Both the position numbers and the translations under genes were made by a program. A stretch of 64,000 bases of DNA from contig OZ242029.1 of NCBI GenBank assembly GCA_965205015.1, forward strand, positions 2,784,001 through 2,848,000, in the 5' to 3' direction. Every line of letters begins with the position of its first letter. Positions within the stretch are counted from its first letter, which is position 1. This DNA comes from Candidatus Poribacteria bacterium (GTDB lineage: Bacteria > Poribacteria > WGA-4E > WGA-3G). Positions 41,001 through 48,960 of this stretch are shown piece by piece. A model generated the notes under the pieces. That model ran no database searches. It saw only the letters and a program-made list of their open reading frames with translations, and was not told where the DNA came from.

Positions 41001-41922
41001 CCCGAATAGCCATCAGCAGTCAGGCGTCAGCGGTCAGCAAAAGAACCTCTTAACTGACGGTTTCCGACAGCCGACAGCCGACAGCCGGTTAGAGTGGTTT
41101 CTCAAGGCACTCAGAGGTCAAACCCGGTTATGGTTGACCGAAGAACAGGAGGTCGAGGACGCGGTATCGCTCTATCTGCTCCAAAGTCTACAAGGCTCAG
41201 AAACGCTTTTTGGGCGTTTGAATCAGCACCATCGATTTGAATTTTCGCCATCACCAGCGTTCAGTTTCGAGGTCAACCTTCGTGCTGGGGAGACGCTCAA
41301 TCGGCGGATTAATAACCAAGAACGCCACAGACGACATCGGACGTATGATGTAGGTCTCTCCGTGAACCCTACGCAACGCATGTCCTTCGGTGCGAACTGG
41401 GAACGACGCCGAGAAACTGAGAAATACAGTCAATTCCAAATTGAGGAGCTTACACAGGAAACCGAGACGATACCGAACAGGGGAGCCCTTCCCTCAACGC
41501 CTATCTCAGACCTGCGCCAATTTGAAGAGACGACTGAATTAAGCCTCCGGTATGAACTCAGCAGTTCCGTGCGGTGGAGCGGTATCGGAGGGTATAAACG
41601 GACGACTGACGAAGAGCGTCTCGACGAGGAGCCGGAAGCCAGAACGCGGACCTTCTTTTATGAAAACCGCGTCACGTATAGTCTCATCGGCAAGGGACGC
41701 CTCGATGTGAACTATAAACTCGGTTACGGCGAGAGTAAGGGGGGGATCCCCTTTGCGCAGTACACTTTCTACGAAGGCATTAGCCACGAAGTCCGCACAA
41801 CCGCGGATTACAGATTACGAAAGTTCACCGATCTCCTGTTTCGGCTCAATTATCGGTTGCTCTCCACAAAACAGCGGAAACCCGAGCACCGTCTGGAGAT
41901 GACGGTCAGTGCGGAACTTTAA
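38011..41922 (+). CDS. Large secreted/outer-membrane protein of unknown function
   Basis: Signal peptide; RG.DY.IDF..G.I and GSE.VWLNG...RGENNDY motifs; amphipathic beta-strand-rich C-terminus. Confidence 0.7.
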   Translation: MIIGGLVIRVIKQIIKILVLTICLCVLPHPSGIAQNLPNDEATVLEFPTFSVLQKTESVELKSGEQAFTVRYPPILPNSERVTEADGKVLVRGIDYQIDFYLGKITVGETGLVPAQTDLKITYRTLPFAIKQVYKRDLYGTADSDQRSAVSGQQESRQQSETVDGQQRDFLTEDFQQPTTDSQLEVSGSQTFGISVGSGRGVSPNQELRVNVEGKASENITVLALLSDQDLPIQPEGTTENIQDIDQKLIRIAHPNMRGTLGDFEGSLGASEFIFFPRALEGVQVEGDFKWVDFHFIPTAIPKGQSTSLVLRGEEGRSEYRLTVDGRYVIVKAGSEIVWLNGERMRRGENNDYIIREYGDPIVEFNSKHLITSNDVIRIDFEYIPEDRAYQQNLYGFSSVFTLPGERLTLGASYAVEADLSQPEQTLIKFEDAELEALRQNILNPKEDESPLVPPQKHTVWGLESRLNITEQAWIQGELAYSNLDKNTYSTVDRKEVSQAWKLIGYADWDFATWTDQLRPKLTTNLDIRSMDADFVPVGASSGNRTRSRYETQYAKEGFDDAFLLDAASSPRGSQDERTMNFDIRMMPTDWLAVDAGVGRSEERAPESRQLPVVGAGLPRPYGGDLAQSDPSLTDTRHLTTDNDSTIRNNFNWGVNFNRRSGMGQVSRTFTPVGGHSGSGLPISTPERNPIGGEEIPKQKHSDSRQSTSAGSRFLKKLPNLRWDDYRSSSRTEGEDSTRTQSLQKSRQEGNLSYPLGPFRILGTFGRVASNEARNATLNRKRNRATGRIDLAEFKWASLNTSYELEEAFAKEPLLTVDDEPIGLSDWQRNTTARTWKVGILSQQQSFLSGGVNLTANIARRMLKAHTDLGANTTTQLADINLQLTPLSRAIDIEIAYELDKKLTSQRREVYTDIHPHTGILLQPGEGYYVKLDDLHYVEDPEEGTYIKIYQNVGDKPTTAVDAEFRVRFQPRQFFARRARARQQQQRDSMLKRDSLRPNSHQQSGVSGQQKNLLTDGFRQPTADSRLEWFLKALRGQTRLWLTEEQEVEDAVSLYLLQSLQGSETLFGRLNQHHRFEFSPSPAFSFEVNLRAGETLNRRINNQERHRRHRTYDVGLSVNPTQRMSFGANWERRRETEKYSQFQIEELTQETETIPNRGALPSTPISDLRQFEETTELSLRYELSSSVRWSGIGGYKRTTDEERLDEEPEARTRTFFYENRVTYSLIGKGRLDVNYKLGYGESKGGIPFAQYTFYEGISHEVRTTADYRLRKFTDLLFRLNYRLLSTKQRKPEHRLEMTVSAEL

Positions 41923-41937
41923 CGTGAAATTAGTGAG

Positions 41938-44880
41938 TTAATTGAGAATCTCATCCCAATCCCACAAGAAAATTGTGCCATCCATGGCAGTGCTGACGAG
42001 CGTTTTACCATCTGGTGAAAACGCTAACGTTGCAACTTGTTGCGTATGTCCATCAAGAACCGAGATCTGGTCTCCTGTTGTAACTTTCCACAATTGGATT
42101 GCACCGTAGCTGTGTCCATTAACAAGTACCGCACCATCCGGCGAAAATATCAACGGTTTGGCGTAACCCGTGAATGTGTTTCTACCTCGTCTGTGCCCTG
42201 TGCTAATTGAAAAAAGTTTATTACCGGTATCCACGTCCCATAAATGGACGTGACGATGCGTCCCGACAGCAAGCAAGGTCCCGTCTGGAGAAAATGCCAA
42301 GGCAGCAATATGACCCAAATTCTCGCGCCCCGTTGATTCTTCAAAAGCAGCTAAGGTTCCGCTAGTCACAACATCCCACATCTGGATTTTCCCGCGTTGT
42401 GTGCCACTGACGAGCCTTGTACCGTCTGGCGAAAATGTCAATGCAGAAACCCTCGGCATATTGCGAACATTAGTTTTCGGATCAGCGAGGCGGATATTCT
42501 GTTCATCGCCGGTTTCCGTATTCCACAAACGAATTTCACCGGAACCAGAAAATGCCACCATTTTGCCATCAGGAGAAAAAGTCAGTTCATCGGTTCCCTT
42601 ACTATACTGTAGGGTTATGAGTTCACGTCCCGTTCTTACATCCGTCAGGCGAATCAGATGGTCTGAACGCCAAGTCATCAGCGGGAAGCCGTTTGCTTCA
42701 AAGACTACAGCACCTTCTGCCCCTACACTAACGAGTTTCGTGCCATCAGGTGAAAACGCCAAGGTTGGGAACCAATCCCGATGTCCTGTAGATTGGATGG
42801 CGGACTTTTGCGAGGTTTTCACATCCCAAAGGGTAACTATGCCATTAAACGCCACACTTGCAAGTGTGGAACTATCCTCAAAGAAAGTCACCGCCTTCAT
42901 CGACTGTGTGTGTCCGGAGATAGGGTTATCTATCGGAGCACCAGTCTCCGTCTGCCAGAAATGGACCGTGCCATCCGTACTGCTGCTGGCAAGCGTTTGA
43001 CCATCGGGTGAAAACGCTAATGCGGTGATACCGTTGCGGTGACCGGTGAGCGTCACAAGCGGTTCACCTGTGGTGGTGTCCCACAACTGCACTGTTTTAT
43101 CGGTACTCCCACTGGCAAGCCTCTCTCCATCTGGAGAAAACGCTAATACGTTTGTCCAACCTGTATGTCCTTGAAGTGTGACCCATTCGTTCTTGTTGGT
43201 GGTGTCCCACAATCGCACTGTTTTATCGGTACTCCCACTGGCGAGGCGGGTGCCATCGGGTGAAAACGCCAACGCTAATATATTCGGCATAGACGATGAT
43301 TTGCGATGTGAAGGCTTACCAAGGGGTTGAATAGACAAATCTACATGTCCTCTAAGGGTGGATAACTTTTTACGGGTCTTCACATTCCACAGTTCAATCT
43401 TCCCGTCCTCCTTCCCGATTGCAATTTTATCGTGATCCATCGCGTAGACAACATCAAAACTAACATCCCTTGTAAATAATCCCTGACTAAATAGCCAACC
43501 GAATAGCCCAGTTTTGAGATACTTCGTATGCTCTCTGCCGGTCTCAACGTTCAGTTCGCTAATTGCATTTCCTGAGTTACTCAAACTGATAAGCGTTTTT
43601 CCATCTGAAGAGAACCGTAATACCGATGCAGCAGCATATAAATCCTTGAGCAACACTTCGCGTCCCGTCGGTACTTCCCACACTCGGATTTCCGTCTTCC
43701 CGGAATAACCACCGCTACTTGCAAGGAAACGCCCATCAAATGAAAAAGCGAGGCATTGAGATTTGCCAGCAAATAGATTTCTCTCTTTGCCCGTTTCTAC
43801 ATCGTAGAGCCAGATCCCGATATTACTACCGACTGCGAGTTGTGCGCCATCGGGTGAAAACTGAATTACGTTAGCGCCGCCTTTTCCCAAACGCGCTTTC
43901 GCCTTTTCAGGTAGTTTCCATTGCGTATAATTTATGCCAGTTTCATCCGATTCCGCAGCGGCAAATAGCATCAGTTCCTCATCAGGCTGCTGTTCAGAGA
44001 TATGACTCTTATTCGATGCAGTGGAAGCATTTCCGAATTGCGTCCGCACATCCGGTTTAGATTCGATATCCAGCACAACGGGTGCTTCGATAAGTTCAAC
44101 AGTCATTTCCGAAGGGGCATCGAAGCTGTAAGGCTTCTGGAAACGCGCGAAATATTGATTGCTTACCCCCAACATCAACAACACCACTGCTAACGTAGAA
44201 GTCGCAATTGCCCACGGTGCGAATGGTTTACTATTAGGTGGCGTAACCGGTTTCAGACGCGAAATCTCGCGCATGATATTCTCTGTCAGATTCGGTGTGA
44301 TCTGGAAATTCTCCAAAGCCTCTCTTATCATGGGTTCCTCCCTCTTTAAACGCTCTTGTGCGCGGCGCAGACGACTCCTAATTGTATTTGCCGACACACC
44401 CAGAAACTTGCCAATTTCCGCACTGGACATTTCACCGAAGTAACGCAGCGTTAGAATCGTGCGATCACTCTCTGGAAGTTTAGCGAGCAACTTTTTCACA
44501 GCTGCGCGTTGTGCTTCTATCGCTGTCCGTTCGTTTTCGGCAATGATATGCCCTGAATACGTCGCGCGCTCTAACTGAGCGATGCCTGTATCTTCAAGCG
44601 ACTGCATCCACAAACGCTTTTTACGCAGCCATGCAGTACATTGACGACTCGCTATCACATAGAGCCAACTCGCAAAGGACTGCGGTTCCTTCAGTGTTGA
44701 GAGTCTTTGATACGCTTTCAGGAACGTATCCTGCGTAATTTCCTCGGCAATGTGGAAATCCCCGATCTTCCGCCATACGAGGGCGTGAACGGGTTTTTGG
44801 TATTTCCTCACGAGCTGCGTGAAAGCGGTATCATTGCCGTCAAGCGTGCGGCGAATGAGTTCAACGTCACTATTTTTCAT
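41938..44880 (-). CDS. ECF sigma factor with TM helix and C-terminal WD40 domain (980 aa)
   Basis: Sigma regions 2 and 4 (AEEITQDTFLKAY, EIGKFLGVS.NTIRSRL.RA), hydrophobic segment, WD40 repeats; GGAGG before ATG 44880. Confidence 0.92.
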   Translation of the reverse strand: MKNSDVELIRRTLDGNDTAFTQLVRKYQKPVHALVWRKIGDFHIAEEITQDTFLKAYQRLSTLKEPQSFASWLYVIASRQCTAWLRKKRLWMQSLEDTGIAQLERATYSGHIIAENERTAIEAQRAAVKKLLAKLPESDRTILTLRYFGEMSSAEIGKFLGVSANTIRSRLRRAQERLKREEPMIREALENFQITPNLTENIMREISRLKPVTPPNSKPFAPWAIATSTLAVVLLMLGVSNQYFARFQKPYSFDAPSEMTVELIEAPVVLDIESKPDVRTQFGNASTASNKSHISEQQPDEELMLFAAAESDETGINYTQWKLPEKAKARLGKGGANVIQFSPDGAQLAVGSNIGIWLYDVETGKERNLFAGKSQCLAFSFDGRFLASSGGYSGKTEIRVWEVPTGREVLLKDLYAAASVLRFSSDGKTLISLSNSGNAISELNVETGREHTKYLKTGLFGWLFSQGLFTRDVSFDVVYAMDHDKIAIGKEDGKIELWNVKTRKKLSTLRGHVDLSIQPLGKPSHRKSSSMPNILALAFSPDGTRLASGSTDKTVRLWDTTNKNEWVTLQGHTGWTNVLAFSPDGERLASGSTDKTVQLWDTTTGEPLVTLTGHRNGITALAFSPDGQTLASSSTDGTVHFWQTETGAPIDNPISGHTQSMKAVTFFEDSSTLASVAFNGIVTLWDVKTSQKSAIQSTGHRDWFPTLAFSPDGTKLVSVGAEGAVVFEANGFPLMTWRSDHLIRLTDVRTGRELITLQYSKGTDELTFSPDGKMVAFSGSGEIRLWNTETGDEQNIRLADPKTNVRNMPRVSALTFSPDGTRLVSGTQRGKIQMWDVVTSGTLAAFEESTGRENLGHIAALAFSPDGTLLAVGTHRHVHLWDVDTGNKLFSISTGHRRGRNTFTGYAKPLIFSPDGAVLVNGHSYGAIQLWKVTTGDQISVLDGHTQQVATLAFSPDGKTLVSTAMDGTIFLWDWDEILN

Positions 44881-44933
44881 GAATTCCCTCCGATTGTTCC
44901 ATTTTTCATGAATTCCCTCCGATCGTTCCATAG

Positions 44934-44961
44934 TGACGCGACTTAGGGGTACAACTGGTGC
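44934..44961 (-). promoter_or_regulatory. ECF-type promoter motif GCACC-N18-CGTCA
   Basis: One of five copies with identical spacing; lies upstream of the ECF-WD40 gene. Confidence 0.65.
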
Positions 44962-45083
44962 ATAATTCTGCAAAAAACACATACGCGTTTGGGAAAGAAG
45001 GATTCGTTTGGTTTTATCAATAGTGTACAATTCTAAGTTTGTGTAAATCTTAGGGCAATTTGTCAAGTGAATCAGAAACGAGC

Positions 45084-46937
45084 TTATTGCATCCGCCCCA
45101 TCTGCGCCATCATTTGGATCATCTGTATAAGCTGCTTGAAGTCGCCGAGTTTAAGGAGGAGTTTCGCACCAATGCTACTTTCCTGTCTTTTGGCGGAAAA
45201 ACTGATACTATAGTCCTCTGGTAGATTCATAAAGATCCCCGAAAGTAGTTGCAGTGCTGCATTATTCGGATCCATCTCCCCCAACATCGGCAAAGAATTT
45301 TTAGTCGTGATTGCTGGAGAAATCGCAATGAAAATATTGTTGTCCGTCCCTAATTGGTCAACGAGCTTCTGATAACTCGGGAAGTCAGAAAACTTCTCCT
45401 CGTTTCCGACTTTCCTATCAAGTGCCATTTGAATTGCTTCTGGACCCGTGCCCGTTGCGAAAAGGAGTTGCCCTTCGGTAAACCCATAATACCAGTGTAA
45501 TTCAGTGGGCATCAAACCAGCGATTTCCTCAGGGAATTCCTCGGGAAGTCTCGCGGTGAAATTAGGAAAAATGTAACTTTTAATTTCAACGCGGTTGTGC
45601 ATCATTGATGGACCTGCATAAATACCGCCTTCCTGGAGTTGTTCCAGAAACACCTCATCCATATAGGTTTTGGCACGTTGCGCATCTTTCAACTCATAGA
45701 TGAACAGAGAATCGGGTAACAAGCTACCCCTAAAGTTGAAAGAGACGCTCCACCGATCCACCAGAGATTCATGAAAATCTTTGATCTGCTCAAAGAGCAA
45801 ATCCCGCCGTGCTTCTTGTTCTGGCGTTTCTTGTGGAAAGGCGGCTAACAGGAGTTCGCTGAGTTCAACCTGCAGCTGCGGGCACCCCTGAAAGGCACCG
45901 TTCACAGATGCACGATTTGGCAGCTCGTCGAGAAAAGCCAATTCACCGGATACCTCTTCCAACAGTTTCAAAAATTCGCTATCGCTCCTGAGTTTTAGAA
46001 ACGGCTTGATTTGGAGATCAGTTCCCTCCACTTCAAGTCTCACACTGATAGATTGAAGCTTCTCAATGGACTCTCTATCTTTTTCAGGTATGTCTTCAGG
46101 TATGTCTTCAAAGAAGGATGCAATCGTTTTGGATGTCTCATCACCAGCCTTGAGAGTTTCTACGATTGATTCCAATTCCTCCTCAAGGGGACGATCGAAA
46201 GTAGCAATAATTCCCTCAATATCAATGCACACGCCTCCCTGATCGTCACCTGCCAAAATGTCGGCAAGGAAGGTGCTGTAATTTGCGTTCTGTGTGATAG
46301 TCGCTCCGGTTCCGTTATAGATATCAATAACGTTCTCACAAACCCCATGGGGCGTTGAAAAAACGAGGATGTTCTTCAAAATAACAAAACTCTGGTTACC
46401 TTCGGTTGCGTTCCAATAGGTTACGCCTTTATGTTCCGCGGGAACACTGCCTTTCGCTTCAATCATCTGTTTCATTGCCTCGGGATCTATTAGATGCGCA
46501 AGGGCGGAGAGATGCAATGGCTGCAAACTGGTAATAAAGACAGTGAAATCTCGGTTCACATCCAACCCAATTGCTTCAAAATCGGCTAAACTTTCAAACG
46601 CATCTCCGAAAATACGCTTCAAAATCTGCGTAGATACATTGGGAACCTCGATTTGTGGGGAAAGCTCCGCCATCATCGTATTAATTCTGTTATCCAGCTC
46701 AAGCAGGCTGGGGCAGTAGCTAACCCCCAATGCCCCTTTCGGAATTAGGCGCAGAACACTACTGTCTGGAACAGCAACTGGAGCACCTTGAGGTTTTTGA
46801 GAAGGCGTATCTATGGGTGTTGGTTCGGATACCTTAGATGAATCTGGCACGGCTTCTACCACATTTGAAGTGGCGAATAGAAGGGTTATCAGAGATATCG
46901 ACACGATGAAGCATGAAAGTAAACATTTCTTTAACAT
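45084..46937 (-). CDS. Secreted hypothetical protein
   Basis: AAGGAG plus ATG 46937; signal peptide MLKKCLLSCFIVSI... Confidence 0.8.
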   Translation of the reverse strand: MLKKCLLSCFIVSISLITLLFATSNVVEAVPDSSKVSEPTPIDTPSQKPQGAPVAVPDSSVLRLIPKGALGVSYCPSLLELDNRINTMMAELSPQIEVPNVSTQILKRIFGDAFESLADFEAIGLDVNRDFTVFITSLQPLHLSALAHLIDPEAMKQMIEAKGSVPAEHKGVTYWNATEGNQSFVILKNILVFSTPHGVCENVIDIYNGTGATITQNANYSTFLADILAGDDQGGVCIDIEGIIATFDRPLEEELESIVETLKAGDETSKTIASFFEDIPEDIPEKDRESIEKLQSISVRLEVEGTDLQIKPFLKLRSDSEFLKLLEEVSGELAFLDELPNRASVNGAFQGCPQLQVELSELLLAAFPQETPEQEARRDLLFEQIKDFHESLVDRWSVSFNFRGSLLPDSLFIYELKDAQRAKTYMDEVFLEQLQEGGIYAGPSMMHNRVEIKSYIFPNFTARLPEEFPEEIAGLMPTELHWYYGFTEGQLLFATGTGPEAIQMALDRKVGNEEKFSDFPSYQKLVDQLGTDNNIFIAISPAITTKNSLPMLGEMDPNNAALQLLSGIFMNLPEDYSISFSAKRQESSIGAKLLLKLGDFKQLIQMIQMMAQMGRMQ

Positions 46938-47039
46938 TGCTTTCTCCTTAGGCGTGTGAAACTTGTGATACCATGTCCCCGTTTTTGTCTTACTTGTCCC
47001 ATTTTTCCGATAAATTCCACTGTTTGTCAATGAAGACTT

Positions 47040-47155
47040 TATAGTAAGTCCCACAATTACGTGGACACTGGGGCGAGGTTAGAAACCTCGCCAGCGGGAT
47101 GCAGGATGGTGCTGCTACTCCCTGAGGTGTTAACTTATTTTTCGACTTTGCTATA
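47040..47155. mobile_element. MITE (TATAG...CTATA family) with REP-like cargo
   Basis: tatagtaagtc...gactttgctata ends; internal ggcgaggtt-aga-aacctcgcc. Confidence 0.75.
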
Positions 47156-47164
47156 ATTGTTAAG

Positions 47165-47192
47165 TGACGCAATTTACTCCGTGATGGGGTGC
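47165..47192 (-). promoter_or_regulatory. ECF-type promoter motif GCACC-N18-CGTCA
   Basis: Same boxes and spacing as the other copies, with an unrelated spacer. Confidence 0.6.
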
Positions 47193-47275
47193 ATAGGTCC
47201 AGAAAAAATGCAAAAATATTTTCTGCAATTCAAAGTATATAAACGATTCTGTTGGTATTTAGTATACTGGAAAAT

Positions 47276-47400
47276 TATAGTAAAACCCAAAAATAAGTGA
47301 ACATTCGTAGCACAAACTGTCCAGTTTGTGCAGGGGAGGCACGCAAACTAACAGTTTGCGCTACAATCGGGGTGCCCAAGTAATTATTGACTCTACTATA
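47276..47400. mobile_element. MITE (TATAG...CTATA family), inverted, carrying a GTAG-REP doublet
   Basis: Ends match the reverse complement of the 35698 copy; cargo gtagcacaaact...agtttgcgctac. Confidence 0.75.
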
Positions 47401-47520
47401 AAACGTGGGACGTGCTGGGGGGTTTACCTTTTGTTAAATAAATGGTGAGAAAGATAACGCAATGAGAGACTACTGACGTAGCAGAGGTTGTGGAAGTTCA
47501 CTATGAATCCGTGTGCCGCA

Positions 47521-48852
47521 TTATCTCAATGTAGCGTCTATAGAGATTCTCGCGAGGAAAGAATTGACTTTCCCTTCTCCACTGAACGAATTACCGGTGG
47601 CACCTAACTTAAAGCGCGTGCCTTCATCAAAACGGTGCGTGATCCTTCCGCCCTTACCGGGTACAATCCCTGATGCTGCGGTGAGTATAACCTGAGGCAT
47701 GCCGTCTGTTGAGAATTCGCTGTCGCTTGCAAACAGGATGAACGCACCGGCAGCCTCGGCACTCCCCATCCAGAGATCAATCGTGAGCATACCACCATCT
47801 TTAAACGCCGTCGCATCAATCTCAACAACGGTGTAATCTTGAGTGCCTGCTGTCGGTGTTCGGAAAATATTCAAGATATCCTGTGAAGGTTCTTCATCGT
47901 TGAGCACGACGCTTTTTGCCTGTGTGGAAAGAAACCTCGGTGTGTATTCCGATTGATCTGCCTTCGGTGCAAATCCATCACCCTTACGCGGGGTCATAGA
48001 TTTACCAACTTGTGTCCGCACATTCGGTTTTGATGCAAGATCCAGGACAATAGGAGTGTCAATAAGTTCCACCGTCATCTCCGATGGGGCGGCAAAATCG
48101 TAGGGCTGTTGGAAACGTGTTAAGTACTGACTGCTTGCTCCAAATGCCATTAAAACGAGGACGAGGGTTGAGGTAGCGAGTGCCCACGGCACGAACGGCT
48201 TACCACTGGGGGGTGTGGTGGGTTGGATGCGGGAAATCTCTTGCATGATTTTCTCGGTGAGATTCGCCCGAATCTGAAAGCCTTCCAGTGCTTCTCGGAT
48301 CATCGGTTCTGCCTTCTTTAAGCGGAGTCGCGCACGACGAAGCCGACTCTTAACAGTGCTCGCCGATACCCCCAAAAAACGGCTGATCTCTTCACACGTC
48401 ATCTCTCCAAAATAGTGGAGTGTGACGACGGTGCGTTCACTTTCCTGCAACCGGGCGAGCAATCTTTGGACGATGCCGCGCTGCGCCTCTACCGCAGCTT
48501 TTTCCTGCTCCTCGGCAATGTATTGGGAATACGTCACTCCTTCTATTAGTTCGATGTCCGTATCTTCCAACGATTGCGTCGGCATCCGTTTTTTTCTCAG
48601 CCACGCTTGGCATTGACGTGCGGCGATTCTATAAAGCCATCCTGCAAAGCGACTCGGATCCTTCAACGTTTCCAGTTTCTTGTAGACTCGCAGAAAAGTG
48701 TCCTGTGTAATCTCTTCCGCGACGTGGAAATCGCCAACTTTCCGCCATGCGAGCGCGTGGACTGGCTTTTGGTATTTTTTCACCAACTTCGCAAAGGCGT
48801 TTTCATCGCCTGTGAGACTGCGTTGAATTAGTTCTACATCGTCGTTCTTCAT
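47521..48852 (-). CDS. ECF sigma factor with TM helix and C-terminal domain shared with the SelN-like proteins (443 aa)
   Basis: Paralog of the 41938-44880 N-terminus; C-terminus SQDILNIFRTP...DYTVVEID.TAF..GG...FKLGATG...NSFLARIS. Confidence 0.9.
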   Translation of the reverse strand: MKNDDVELIQRSLTGDENAFAKLVKKYQKPVHALAWRKVGDFHVAEEITQDTFLRVYKKLETLKDPSRFAGWLYRIAARQCQAWLRKKRMPTQSLEDTDIELIEGVTYSQYIAEEQEKAAVEAQRGIVQRLLARLQESERTVVTLHYFGEMTCEEISRFLGVSASTVKSRLRRARLRLKKAEPMIREALEGFQIRANLTEKIMQEISRIQPTTPPSGKPFVPWALATSTLVLVLMAFGASSQYLTRFQQPYDFAAPSEMTVELIDTPIVLDLASKPNVRTQVGKSMTPRKGDGFAPKADQSEYTPRFLSTQAKSVVLNDEEPSQDILNIFRTPTAGTQDYTVVEIDATAFKDGGMLTIDLWMGSAEAAGAFILFASDSEFSTDGMPQVILTAASGIVPGKGGRITHRFDEGTRFKLGATGNSFSGEGKVNSFLARISIDATLR

Positions 48853-48960
48853 CTGTCCCCTCCAAAGAACTAAATTTGGAGAACCTTCAAGAATGATAAC
48901 GAGGCTGACAGGTTGGACGAAAATCCGTGGACATCCATCCAACCTGCTTATATCTTTGAA

